This document shows, piece by piece, positions 9,701 through 19,426 of a stretch of 64,000 bases of DNA. The stretch spans positions 64,001 to 128,000 of IMG/VR virus record IMGVR_UViG_3300030104_006883. The stretch is one strand, 5' to 3'. The stretch is from a virus. The position numbers and the translations under genes are program-made. The number at the start of each line of letters is the position of its first letter. Position 1 is the first letter of the stretch. The notes beneath the pieces are model-generated. The model made no database searches. It saw nothing but the letters and a program-made list of their open reading frames with translations, and was not told the origin of the DNA.

Positions 9701-12700
9701 AGGAACAAGGTTTATGCTAATCTTTCTCCTGTAGGTATTAGCCAACAGCTTATTTCTGTAACAGGATTGCAATCTATAGAAATAGACAATCTTAAAGAGA
9801 CACTTTCTCTTAGAATTTCTAGCCCACCTCCTAATAAACAACTAGAATCTGCAATCAAATCATTCGATAAAGATTTTAAATATCCTAACGTGTTGGCTGC
9901 ATCTTTTGGCTTGATAGAGAACGCTCAACCGACTTCGCAGGCGGAAAGATTTTCACAAGTAGCGACAAAGGGATGGAAAGATATTTTAGGCAAGATTGAC
10001 GATAGCTACACGTCGGCATTTAGGACCGCCATGCGCATTCACTACCCTGTTGCGGTAGATGCTTTCGCTGGCAGATTTTCTAAAAAAGCTAAGTATTCTC
10101 CGTTTTTAATGTCAGATAAGCTAACCACTATGAGTATCTTCGATGACCCTCTATGTCCGACAAAACAAGTTGACTTGTTGGATCTCGCCGCATTAACTGC
10201 GTCGATGGAGACAATTAGAAAAAACTTTATATGCCAAGGCATGGATGAACAAGAGGCACTGCAAAGAGCAATTCAGGCGGGTTTGACTATAACATTTATG
10301 AGGGTGCTAATCTATGAGAAGTTCTTACCATCAATTTTTTACTTCTCTGAGGTGGGGATGGACAACGTTAATAAAGAAATTTATATGGCGTTTATATTCA
10401 GTCTGTTCTGTGCTGAGATCGATGGCGGCGGGGACGATATACTAGGGATTATGGCACAAGCCTCTCGCGACCTTCTTTCCGAAGAAGAAGCAATTGACCT
10501 TTCGAACACTGATGCGCTGAAGCTTTTGTTAGAAAAAACTCTTTACGAAGTTAGCGACAAAGTTAAAGAAAATATACAGACAACCTCCGAATTAGATGTA
10601 AACGCAGAAAAGTTTGGAGAAGTTAGCGATGTGTTATTAAGGAGGATATTGGACACTCCAGTAATTGCAACCTATGGGCCTGTGCAAGATGACTTAAAAA
10701 ACAAACCTCTTACGGACGATACGTTAAAGCTTCAAGGCCGCACAGTATATCCAGAGATACTTAACGTGCCTACTTTTATGAGTGTGTACGAGGACACAGC
10801 CAACCAGGCGCTGGACACTGCGAGATACTTAGCATATACATATAACGGAAAGAAAAACGATGATTTGATAGGGATCTTACAACAAGCATCCAAAGATAAG
10901 ACAATTGATTTAAGCTCTCTAGATGCAGCAATCGCTTTAGCAGATGGAGCGGTGCCTCCTGAGCTTTTTAATAACGAATCCGGCAAGCTTGTCTCTATAG
11001 AAAAGCAATTATTAAAAAACGATATTGACAAAAAATATTTTAAAGAAGGCGGCTTTCTTCTAGAACAGTTCATAGAAGTTCAAACAAAGAAAGGGTTTAG
11101 TCTAAAAGACATTACTAAAGACACGCAGGTTAAAAAGATTAACTTTAACTTAAACCCCCTATTCTCAAATGTATCCGCTGAAGACGCCTTGGCAGAAGGG
11201 GTATATGGTGAAATTAGTGAAGAATCATTTGATTATGTTGATGACTTCTTAGAACTTGCTGGTTCCACTCCGTTGCTGAGCGGCTACGTTGGCCTTGATG
11301 ACTTTTATTCTCTGACAACGATTACACAAAATATAAATGAAGGATTTTCGGAACTTTCTCAAATCGATAAAGATCTTCATAATATGCTAGAAGAATGGAA
11401 GCAATTTAGGTACAGACCAACAGCTATACCAAAACAAGTTTTAGATCTCAACCAAGAATCGGAGATCTTTAAAAACATAAACTCTATAGATGAAAGTGGA
11501 AATATAAATGTTTTTAAAAGCATAAACAGTATTGATGATATTGCTAATACAAACGGTAATTCGCATGTTCCCATTGGAGCACATAGGCTTGTAGCGCCAA
11601 ACACTAGCAAGGCAAAGAAAGGAGCCAATTTTTCTTTTTATATTAGAGGCGATAGCTTAAACAGCGCAAAAAAATCAACAGTAAAATATACTCCAAATTC
11701 TTTGTTAAAGTTTGATGCTGATCTAGATGCTATTGATTGGGCTAAGTGGGAAACTCTTGACTTTGCGGATATTCCGGCAAAGCAGAGTGTGCTATATGAT
11801 ACGGTAGTCTCACTCTATCAAATTATGTTTAAAAAACAAGGCACGAACCTTGACGTCTTCAAAGCAGAATTAATGATGCGTGGATTTGTACCATACACGG
11901 GAGACACTCTGGACACAACAGAGCAAGGCGCTAGTCTCAGCGTTCAAGATAACAATGTTATTGTCGCCCCTGCGGGATATTCTGTAACAGACCCATACCT
12001 ACTAAAAGCTTGGCTTAACGTTGGGTACATACACAAATATCTAAGATCTCTTAAATATCGTGTTGAGTATGAATCAAAATTTACCTGGGAAATTTGGGAA
12101 GACACTGACTACCAAGGTCAAGAAAAAATTATACTAGGAGGTGGGGATATTGATAATCCTACTTCTACTGACGACTGCTATGCTGTGTTTGGAAAAATTT
12201 ATAGCAACCTGTCTAAACTTTTTGGTGATCAAGAAGAACAAAGATTCCACGTAAAGCAGCTAGAATACGATGCTGAAAACGAAAAATGGAGATTATCGTT
12301 TAAAAGCTCCGTAATTCCACGTCTTCTTCTTTACATGGAAAACCTATATCAAGAAGAACTAGGCCTGTTCCCAATCGAAAAAGATCTAATAGAGTACGTT
12401 AAAGATACTGATTTTTCTAATATAAACGAAGCATCTGAAAATATTCTTAGCTTCTTAAATCTACAATATGCCATACCGAAGCCGGAAGAAGGCACGTCGG
12501 AAATGGAGAATTGGCAAGCCATCTTCAACCCAGTCTATGTCACCGTTTCTCTACCTTTTGGTAAGTCTCTTGGCCTTAGCAACGCAGCCACTTTTGGTGA
12601 AATGAATAATAATTTCGTAGAGTTTGATGTTAATACTATGGCACAATCTTTTAAGGACGATGAACTAAAGTTTTCAGCGAACCTAGTAACTTCTTATAAT

Positions 12701-15562
12701 CAAGTAGACGAAATTTTATTTAATCTTAACGCCGAAGAGCTTTATTGGCACTTTGATCATGTACTGAAAAATATTACTTTTTATGGACTGTTTACGGACA
12801 AGTCGGTGGGAGCTAACTGGACCAAGTGGGTTAGCTGTTTAAACGGGTACAATTATTATCCTTACGAACTTACTGAACGCGAAATAGACCCAACTGAGAC
12901 CAAGGGAGATCCGGATAAATCAAAGATTGCTTGGAGACAATTTTCAAATCCCGATGTGGAGATAGAGTTTTTACATCAGGTCACTAAGAAGAATAAAAAA
13001 GATAAATATCTTAATTCAACCTCACTCCCTTTGCTTGACTACCAAGACAAAAATTATGATTTTGCCAAGAAAACATTTGGGGATGGAAAAACTACCAACT
13101 TACACATAAAGCCCTCATTGTTGTTTGGAAAGACCACCATCCATTATGACAATGGCGAATACAGCAATGAGCCGGAGGGGCATCCAAACGTAACTAATTT
13201 TCAATCATTTAATTGGTATACTGACCACGGAACTTATGGTCAGAACGTAAACGATGGCATCGACGATGACATTAGCGAGCACATGGCGAAAAGATATCAT
13301 CCTGATTATTTGCATGAAGAAACAGCTAGAGTCGGCTTTAAAATTCTAAAGAGCGATGCAGGATCCAATGCTTTACCTGAAAAGAATGTTAACACGACGC
13401 CCTACACTCCCTCACAATATGCTAGAATTTGGGGTATCAAGGCAAAAAATTATTCACCTCTCCTTAATGAGTCTTATGGTAACATGAAGGACTGGGATCC
13501 TAATTGGGACGGCGGGTTCTTTGCGGGTGCAGGCGACGCCGGAAAAGCAATCTTGGAGGGTATAGGGAATATCTTCGGTCTAGGCGGCTTTACAGACTCA
13601 GAAAATCCAGGCCCTAGAAGCGTCCTCTGGTTTTTAAACGAATTTAAAGACATATGGACAGAGGACCATGGTAGAAGAAAGGCTACTCTAGATACTCTAC
13701 TGATGAACATGAAATTTTATCTAAACCAAATAGAAAACTACGATACCCTACCCCAGAGTCACATGAACGATTGGACGGCTCTTTACGTTAGTGATGCCGT
13801 TGACAACATCATGCTAAATGGGCCGGATCTTGGACTTAAGTCAATTAGAATTGGTAGAACAACTCCGGTCGGCAAGCAGTACGAAATAAACTCGATGGGC
13901 AACTTAGATGGACTTGATGCTCGTGGCCTTGATTTTGATAATGAGATTGGAGATGTGATAAATAAATTTATGTCTAAACCAAATTATGACACTTTATATG
14001 GACAGGATTTTGAACTAGCAGAAGACGCGGAATACACGCCGATCATTAAAATTCCTTTAGTTAGACAAGGCATATCTGGACATAAAGCAGGATATGAAAA
14101 CTTTAACTTCCCTATGGATAAATTTGCCGTCCACATGCAAGACTCGGCGTTCTTTGCTACGGGCAAATCAAAGAGCGCATATAACAATATGTATAATGCT
14201 AGATCCCTATACTTGTACAATTCGACTGCCAATACTTATGAAAGAATAGACGGACAACAAACGGTAGCGTATAAATTATTGAAGCACTGGTACGACAGAA
14301 TTGAGGAGCTTCGTGACAAGAGAGCAAAAATACTAAATAACTTGAGAGATAAAATAATAAAGTTTATGCCCGCATCTCCACCTGGAGATTCTTATAAGGT
14401 GCAAGACGGAGACGCCGAAGTAACTTTCCCAGGGAGTGGATTTTTTGCAGACCAGCCGCATACGAACTACTTTAAACCTTTTAAAGCAGGAGTTAGGCTT
14501 AGCTATGTTCTCCCCGTTTCGGAAGAGTCAGAGGACGCGATACCTGCGGAAATGCCAATTCCAAAAGAAGTTTTGTCTAGCATGGTTCAAGCGCGCCGAG
14601 TTGAGGCTGGAACGCCTGGGAAATGGTACCCACCTCTTTACAGAAAGTCGTATGAGATAATTGAAAGGCAAGCTAGAGAAGTGAAGGTCGATGATGATGT
14701 AGAGGTGCAAATTACCAATAAACAAGTTTATAAAATTCCAATTGCTGAATCTAAAATTAAAATTAGTGAGATTTACGGAATTGAAGATCAAGAGCTACCA
14801 GTAGCATTCGCGCTACAGCTAGATGAAAACAATGATATAAAATACGATTATAACAAAGTTTACGAAGCTATTTTTAAACTTAAAGAAAAGCTATTAGAGA
14901 GCCCCGACTTCCAGGTTATGTTCAATTACTCTCTTCCTGTTGAAGACTTATCAACAATGAGCGCTCTGGCGACTTACAATACTGTGGTGGATAAAGCCAA
15001 GCCAGGTCTAGGACAAATGTTCGCTACAACTAAAAAAGATCTATTGAATACAATGCAAGCATTTAGCCTGCCTCTTAGCTATGATTCGGAAGCCTTAATT
15101 AGATCTTATGAAGAAGAATATGCTTTTACCACTACTGATCCGATTGACGAAACAGGAGTAGACGCAAAAGTTATTTTTGATGCAAGCCGGATGATTTTGA
15201 AAGCAGTGGCAGAAATTAGCGATCCAACAGTTGCAACAGCTAAGGCAATTAAAGATGTGACATACTTGGGTGTAAAATCAACAATAAAAGCTGGCGAAGC
15301 AGCATTTGGTGGAGACGCCTCATCGCTTTATGACAACAGTACTATGAGATACTGGAGAAGTTCAAAAGCGATGGCCCCAATTATTCTTTCATTGCTGCCG
15401 TATCCCATAATCCCGGCCCCGCTCTTGTTCAGCATGGGGATTGTCAAGCCATTTCATATTACGCCCCTTGGTATGGCTTATCTTGGCAATTCAATTTATG
15501 AACATATTGAGCCGCGTGATCAAACCCTTGCTGCTGGGTATCACTCTGATAAGGACTGTTAA
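6719..15562 (+). CDS. Giant hypothetical protein (2947 aa), probably virion/baseplate-associated
   Basis: Uninterrupted 8.8-kb ORF between gp5-like genes and gp25; mostly helical and acidic, hydrophobic Pro-rich C-terminus; no domain recognised. Confidence 0.7.
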   Translation: MAKKIKGLTIPVSLYWTTEKSFVDSDNKRRLSEELQSIIRKKAADILDSEYSLSPGAYFDLSNGTAFLLPSAKSKKSFSYQPATSEMQVKVFLPSSKVKSLGITKKSDLPTTYLFDSTDYLILVFDESFSDSSPIMKKFEEFKAILKSMVDTADKFGVDLYKEKYILENFDAWTSGVRDDIQEFYKQKKQSAQQTGFASLYDMGPVIPILGITFPNTKNINDYRSELAESVPTLGQFMDTLPGLAPGQTARSLSEEESKEFEITRNREVNLNNDDYVAKIGFKKNHFGFTFIKSIPEDAVRFGEAEFEAQFALSANPLSEEELKELEIPPAQAGDAETLANNQLLNPTPKRTQNTIGGEYYPTFVNYIRNMNEIIKEYPAQSDDVYGVDRQVDLMPFLEMYHYPQDIPLKDLEKIGRSFDEAEENYKTAAQVDTENKELHVLNAKIADKLHNQVVNAPFTRQDAADTLKENGGLHGAYGSLMQDGFNFDSLNYEYDVPWLSYPGNSKIRPSHIISDSIVSQISSGKMLSRIKTIKDIENLIVKRLTIRDLLIMALTCADRYGTPNINVLERIDKFLMALGNTRVMPAFRKTTPIGDFWVDFTDQIEGVIKETVEKAIVEFFKQTLVMIASCNVEGVGKQFKKGTADLGNFLTNKDGALLKFADDVLTKSLQKTPNSQNLLRTKNELERIAKIVTTNTTPLELRECLQGNASDAVIAAIAEGLGRELGFNAEKSAVESSLKQMGREDCDLALLDERIEEYALETADTSTELCADFKRQLKEKYSNYDDNLLEEIIGSLPDKDPETALAFDPEFALQPCELLKIPDPAGDFMNQSAYESAFTSVKTKFTFELNAFPIFLLDSGAVRKLNIKTDLVEIDDGTFMPTMTSNKGALEDNSLGLLKEYKKLLDDDTRALVQVVSSDSRQDVKYNAANPKATTLLMENPNIPPVLLKILEDLAAEEPDAVANLSLKKKVNSQDLKNSNIVDGLEYDKEIILRNKVYANLSPVGISQQLISVTGLQSIEIDNLKETLSLRISSPPPNKQLESAIKSFDKDFKYPNVLAASFGLIENAQPTSQAERFSQVATKGWKDILGKIDDSYTSAFRTAMRIHYPVAVDAFAGRFSKKAKYSPFLMSDKLTTMSIFDDPLCPTKQVDLLDLAALTASMETIRKNFICQGMDEQEALQRAIQAGLTITFMRVLIYEKFLPSIFYFSEVGMDNVNKEIYMAFIFSLFCAEIDGGGDDILGIMAQASRDLLSEEEAIDLSNTDALKLLLEKTLYEVSDKVKENIQTTSELDVNAEKFGEVSDVLLRRILDTPVIATYGPVQDDLKNKPLTDDTLKLQGRTVYPEILNVPTFMSVYEDTANQALDTARYLAYTYNGKKNDDLIGILQQASKDKTIDLSSLDAAIALADGAVPPELFNNESGKLVSIEKQLLKNDIDKKYFKEGGFLLEQFIEVQTKKGFSLKDITKDTQVKKINFNLNPLFSNVSAEDALAEGVYGEISEESFDYVDDFLELAGSTPLLSGYVGLDDFYSLTTITQNINEGFSELSQIDKDLHNMLEEWKQFRYRPTAIPKQVLDLNQESEIFKNINSIDESGNINVFKSINSIDDIANTNGNSHVPIGAHRLVAPNTSKAKKGANFSFYIRGDSLNSAKKSTVKYTPNSLLKFDADLDAIDWAKWETLDFADIPAKQSVLYDTVVSLYQIMFKKQGTNLDVFKAELMMRGFVPYTGDTLDTTEQGASLSVQDNNVIVAPAGYSVTDPYLLKAWLNVGYIHKYLRSLKYRVEYESKFTWEIWEDTDYQGQEKIILGGGDIDNPTSTDDCYAVFGKIYSNLSKLFGDQEEQRFHVKQLEYDAENEKWRLSFKSSVIPRLLLYMENLYQEELGLFPIEKDLIEYVKDTDFSNINEASENILSFLNLQYAIPKPEEGTSEMENWQAIFNPVYVTVSLPFGKSLGLSNAATFGEMNNNFVEFDVNTMAQSFKDDELKFSANLVTSYNQVDEILFNLNAEELYWHFDHVLKNITFYGLFTDKSVGANWTKWVSCLNGYNYYPYELTEREIDPTETKGDPDKSKIAWRQFSNPDVEIEFLHQVTKKNKKDKYLNSTSLPLLDYQDKNYDFAKKTFGDGKTTNLHIKPSLLFGKTTIHYDNGEYSNEPEGHPNVTNFQSFNWYTDHGTYGQNVNDGIDDDISEHMAKRYHPDYLHEETARVGFKILKSDAGSNALPEKNVNTTPYTPSQYARIWGIKAKNYSPLLNESYGNMKDWDPNWDGGFFAGAGDAGKAILEGIGNIFGLGGFTDSENPGPRSVLWFLNEFKDIWTEDHGRRKATLDTLLMNMKFYLNQIENYDTLPQSHMNDWTALYVSDAVDNIMLNGPDLGLKSIRIGRTTPVGKQYEINSMGNLDGLDARGLDFDNEIGDVINKFMSKPNYDTLYGQDFELAEDAEYTPIIKIPLVRQGISGHKAGYENFNFPMDKFAVHMQDSAFFATGKSKSAYNNMYNARSLYLYNSTANTYERIDGQQTVAYKLLKHWYDRIEELRDKRAKILNNLRDKIIKFMPASPPGDSYKVQDGDAEVTFPGSGFFADQPHTNYFKPFKAGVRLSYVLPVSEESEDAIPAEMPIPKEVLSSMVQARRVEAGTPGKWYPPLYRKSYEIIERQAREVKVDDDVEVQITNKQVYKIPIAESKIKISEIYGIEDQELPVAFALQLDENNDIKYDYNKVYEAIFKLKEKLLESPDFQVMFNYSLPVEDLSTMSALATYNTVVDKAKPGLGQMFATTKKDLLNTMQAFSLPLSYDSEALIRSYEEEYAFTTTDPIDETGVDAKVIFDASRMILKAVAEISDPTVATAKAIKDVTYLGVKSTIKAGEAAFGGDASSLYDNSTMRYWRSSKAMAPIILSLLPYPIIPAPLLFSMGIVKPFHITPLGMAYLGNSIYEHIEPRDQTLAAGYHSDKDC

Positions 15563-15578
15563 TAATAGTTTTATCAAA

Positions 15579-15586
15579 CTATTTAT
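15579..15586 (+). promoter_or_regulatory. Putative late-promoter motif CTATTTAT
   Basis: Intergenic, followed by AAGGAG Shine-Dalgarno and gp25 ATG. Confidence 0.6.
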
Positions 15587-15603
15587 TTTAAAGGAGCCAT
15601 GTT

Positions 15604-15978
15604 ATGCCTGGATACGGAGCAAAACTTCCATTAATAATTGATGCACAAGATGGGCCATATTCTCTAGTACACGATTACGCGACGCTTATGCGGCAAAACC
15701 TAAAGATGCTTTTGCTTACTGCTCCTGGTGAGAGGATGATGATCCCTAGCTACGGCGTGGGATTAAGAAATTTTCTTTTTGAAAATAGGGGGCCTAATGT
15801 TAAAAACGATATTAGGGCAAAAATAAAAGAGCAAGTAAAAATTTACTTGCCATTTATAAAAATTTTGAGGATAGCGTTTTTCGATACAGAGGAAAACACT
15901 TTATCCTTAGAGGTCTCCTATGTTGTTGAGTCTTTGAATTTAAAAGACCTTGTAACAATAAATGTTGATTTGAACTAA
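15604..15978 (+). CDS. Baseplate wedge protein gp25-like
   Basis: NLKMLLLTAPGERMMIPSYGVGLRNFLFE is the gp25/GPW signature (L.T.pGER...P.fG..l..flFE). Confidence 0.9.
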   Translation: MPGYGAKLPLIIDAQDGPYSLVHDYATLMRQNLKMLLLTAPGERMMIPSYGVGLRNFLFENRGPNVKNDIRAKIKEQVKIYLPFIKILRIAFFDTEENTLSLEVSYVVESLNLKDLVTINVDLN

Positions 15979-15982
15979 TTAT
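15975..15982 (+). promoter_or_regulatory. Putative late-promoter motif CTAATTAT
   Basis: At the gp25 stop, 22 nt before the gp6 ATG, GAGG in between. Confidence 0.5.
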
Positions 15983-16004
15983 TTTTGCTTGAGGAAACAT
16001 AGCA

Positions 16005-17798
16005 ATGGCAAAAAAAAATAATCCTATAAATTATACCAATAGAGACTTTGAATCGATAAAACAATCACTTGTAGAATATGCAAAAAGATATTATCCTACA
16101 AACTTCAAAGATTTTAACGAATCCTCATTTGGTTCTTTGATGCTTGACACCGTTGCATACGTAGGAGATATGCTCTCCTTTTATCTTGATTATCAAGTTA
16201 ACGAATCCTTCATAGATAGTGCTGTTGATTATGATAATGTCGTTAGGCTAGCAAGGCAGCTTGGATACAAACTCGATAAGGCTTATACGTCTTCCGGACT
16301 TGTCTCTTTTTTCTTAGTGGTCCCAGCAAAGACTGTTGGTGGAGGTCCCGACACCGACTACATGCCAAAAATATTAAAGGGCAGCACGGTTAGAAGCCAA
16401 AATGGTTCCTCTTTTACTTTAGCGGACGATATAGATTTTTCCGATGATAATAATTTAGTTTATCCGGCAACGATTGATTCGTCTACCGGAAGGCCGCTAA
16501 AGTATGCTGTGAAGGCGACTGGCAATGTGGTTTCGGGTGAACTGGCCGTTAAAAGAATCTCGGTGGGCAACTTTACTAGGTTTTTGAGATTGGCAGTAGA
16601 TGATGAAAACACGACAGAAATTATATCGGTCTATGATGCAAGCGGAAGACAATACTACGAAGTAGAGAGCCTAACGCAGGACTTTGTTTATAGGTCGGTT
16701 CCGAATCCGGGGTCGGACAGGCAACTTGTAAAAGAATTGATGAAGCCTGTGGTTGTGCCTAGAAGATTTGTTGTTGAGAAAGATGACGATAATACATTCC
16801 TACAATTTGGATTTGGATCGGAGTCCGAGCTTGATTCAGACGATGTAGTGGATCCTAGCAAGATTAATTTTAATTTGTACGGAAAAAAATATATTAGCGA
16901 CTCTACTTTTGATCCCACAAAGCTTTTATCGAATAGTAAGCTGGGCATAGCCCCTAGTGATACCACCCTGACAGTAACCTATAGAAAGAATAATACAACA
17001 GATTCAAATGCTCCGGTGGGCGGAATTGCAAGTCCGGGCAAGATTAACTATTTCTTTTTAGCAGAAGAAAGTTTAGATGCTTTTAAATTACAAGAAGTTA
17101 GAAGCAGCATCGAGATCTATAATGAAGAACCGATAAATGGAGACATAGAAAATCTATCTGCGGACGAGATTAGAGTTAGAGCTTTGGGCGCTCAAGCCTC
17201 TCAGGGGAGAGCAGTCACTAGACAGGATTACGTAAACCTTTGCTATAGAATGCCTGCCAAATTTGGAGCGATAAAGAGAGCCTCTATATATCAAGATCAA
17301 AACTCGGTAAAAAGAAATCTAAACTTATACACAATTAGTGAAGACTCCGACGGCAACCTTACGGAAACCAACTCCACAATAAAAGAAAATTTAAAAACTT
17401 GGATTCAGGGGTACAAGATGCTTAACGACACTATTGATATCTTAGACGCTTATGTTATCAATTTAGAGATTGATTTCGTTGTAACTGGAGATAGACAGTT
17501 CACGCCTGAGCAAACACTTACAGACTGCCTGAACGCTCTCAACGAAAAGTTTTCTGTAGTGCCGGAGATAGGCGAACCTTTTAAAGTTAGAGACATTTAC
17601 AAAGTTCTAAATAAGCTAGATAGTGTCTTAGATGTCGTAGACGTAAAGATTGGACAAAAGCTAGGCGGTCAATACTCTAGTAATGAATATAATATACCTA
17701 TCAACACCAGCGGCGATGGCTCACAGATCCTCATACCTGCCAACATGATATACGAAATCAAGTTCCCCAACACAAACATCAAAGGCGAGGTCAGATAA
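16005..17798 (+). CDS. Baseplate wedge protein gp6-like (baseplate J family)
   Basis: NYTNRDFESIKQSL, GSLMLDTVAYVGDMLSFYLDYQVNESFIDSA and RAVTRQDY are conserved T4 gp6-family motifs. Confidence 0.9.
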   Translation: MAKKNNPINYTNRDFESIKQSLVEYAKRYYPTNFKDFNESSFGSLMLDTVAYVGDMLSFYLDYQVNESFIDSAVDYDNVVRLARQLGYKLDKAYTSSGLVSFFLVVPAKTVGGGPDTDYMPKILKGSTVRSQNGSSFTLADDIDFSDDNNLVYPATIDSSTGRPLKYAVKATGNVVSGELAVKRISVGNFTRFLRLAVDDENTTEIISVYDASGRQYYEVESLTQDFVYRSVPNPGSDRQLVKELMKPVVVPRRFVVEKDDDNTFLQFGFGSESELDSDDVVDPSKINFNLYGKKYISDSTFDPTKLLSNSKLGIAPSDTTLTVTYRKNNTTDSNAPVGGIASPGKINYFFLAEESLDAFKLQEVRSSIEIYNEEPINGDIENLSADEIRVRALGAQASQGRAVTRQDYVNLCYRMPAKFGAIKRASIYQDQNSVKRNLNLYTISEDSDGNLTETNSTIKENLKTWIQGYKMLNDTIDILDAYVINLEIDFVVTGDRQFTPEQTLTDCLNALNEKFSVVPEIGEPFKVRDIYKVLNKLDSVLDVVDVKIGQKLGGQYSSNEYNIPINTSGDGSQILIPANMIYEIKFPNTNIKGEVR

Positions 17799-19426
17799 TG
17801 TCAATTAAAAGATATTTTGCTACAGCAGACAATACGATAACTAATGCCTTCAAGTCTAGTTTAACTACAAGGGGTACCGGATCGAACATGGGCGCTGCTG
17901 ATGTTTTAGAAGTATTTTCTATTTCTGGCCAAGCAAGTTCTGGATCAACTGAACTATCTAGAGTTTTGATACAATTCCCTATTTCTGGGTCAACGACTGG
18001 AGAAATAAAAGCAGACCGAACAGCAGGCACTATCCCTGCTAGTGGTAGTGTTAGATTTTATCTTAGAATGTTCAATGCAAAGCATAGTCAAACGCTTCCT
18101 AGAAATATGATTCTCAACGTACAGGCAGTTTCGCAGTCATGGAGCGAGGGAACTGGCCTAGATATGGAAAACTATACAGACAGGGGCGTTTCGAACTGGG
18201 TCTCCGGTAACATCTCTGGAAGCGTCGGTGCGCCTGCCTCTGGTAAAGGCGGCTGGGACGGGGCATGGGGGACTTCCAGTATGGACCAAACGACTGGGTT
18301 TGTCCCTGGAGGCACGTTCCACACGGCGGCGTATTCTGCCGGAACTGATGGAATGCCAATGTACACTGCAACCTTCACCAATGGTGATGAAGATATGGAA
18401 GTGGACGTGACTGCGGCAGTGGAAGAGTGGATTGCGGGTACATACTTAAACTATGGTTTTGGTGTGTATCTTACATCTTCACAAGAGGCATATTCGGTGG
18501 GGGACGGAACTAACGTTCCAAGAAATTTAGGCGGCTCGACTGACTCGTACTACACAAAGAAGTTCTTTTCTAGAACAAGCGATTTCTTTTTCAAGAGACC
18601 AGTACTAGAAGCCAGATGGGACTCCTCCGTTCAAGATGACAGAGGCCAGTTCTTTATGAGTAGTTCTTTAGCAACCGCGACAGACAATCTAAACACTCTC
18701 TTTTTGTACAACTACATAAAAGGGCAATTAAAGAATATACCGGAAGTTGGCACAACAGGATCAATCATGGTTGCACTGTACTCTGGTTCTGCTGATGATA
18801 CGGAGCCATCGGGCTCCAAGATGATTCTTAGCGCAGGCGGAAACGCAGGGGCAAGCCTCTTATACGCTACGGGAGGATATCACGACACGGGTATTTATAC
18901 GGCGTCTGTAGCCTTTACTGGGTCCTCAGCGTTGGAAACAATTTACGACGTCTGGACTTCCGGAACTTGGGATAATCACGAAGTAACGCAGTTCTTTACA
19001 GGCACGATAACTCCCGTGGGAATCACAGGGTCAATAAATTATCCAATTAGAGAATATGTGACAAACATAATCAATTTGAAGGCGGCATATACGGATAAAG
19101 AAAAGCCAAGACTTAGACTGTTCGTTCGAGACAAAAATTGGAATCCGAATATATACAGCCTGTCTTCTACCACGCCAAACACAGAGGTCATTGAAGAAGC
19201 ACACTATAAGATCGTTAGAGCAGTAGATGGTCTAGAGGTTCTTGCATATAACACTGGCAGCACCAAAGCAACCAAATTATCTTACGATTCTAATGGCAAC
19301 TACTTTGATCTAGATATGAGTATGTTAGATACAGATTATATGTATAAAATTTACTTTGCATATAATATCAATGGCGATTATCAAGAGCAACCGGAAGTTT
19401 TTAAGTTTAGAGTCGAAGAAAAATGA
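17798..19426 (+). CDS. Virion structural protein, Gly/Ser/Thr-rich beta protein (N-terminus resembles DNRLRE/CBM96-type modules)
   Basis: TAATG coupling to gp6; ADNTI...NMG...VLEV...SRVLIQFP pattern; about 10 [ST]GS motifs. Confidence 0.55.
   Translation: MSIKRYFATADNTITNAFKSSLTTRGTGSNMGAADVLEVFSISGQASSGSTELSRVLIQFPISGSTTGEIKADRTAGTIPASGSVRFYLRMFNAKHSQTLPRNMILNVQAVSQSWSEGTGLDMENYTDRGVSNWVSGNISGSVGAPASGKGGWDGAWGTSSMDQTTGFVPGGTFHTAAYSAGTDGMPMYTATFTNGDEDMEVDVTAAVEEWIAGTYLNYGFGVYLTSSQEAYSVGDGTNVPRNLGGSTDSYYTKKFFSRTSDFFFKRPVLEARWDSSVQDDRGQFFMSSSLATATDNLNTLFLYNYIKGQLKNIPEVGTTGSIMVALYSGSADDTEPSGSKMILSAGGNAGASLLYATGGYHDTGIYTASVAFTGSSALETIYDVWTSGTWDNHEVTQFFTGTITPVGITGSINYPIREYVTNIINLKAAYTDKEKPRLRLFVRDKNWNPNIYSLSSTTPNTEVIEEAHYKIVRAVDGLEVLAYNTGSTKATKLSYDSNGNYFDLDMSMLDTDYMYKIYFAYNINGDYQEQPEVFKFRVEEK

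Noticed and set aside
6719-15562. Giant ORF as RHS/YD toxin, intein-containing enzyme or virion RNA polymerase
   Set aside because: No YD repeats, no intein terminal or LAGLIDADG motifs, and no DxDGD catalytic motif seen by eye; a profile search is needed to exclude remote homology
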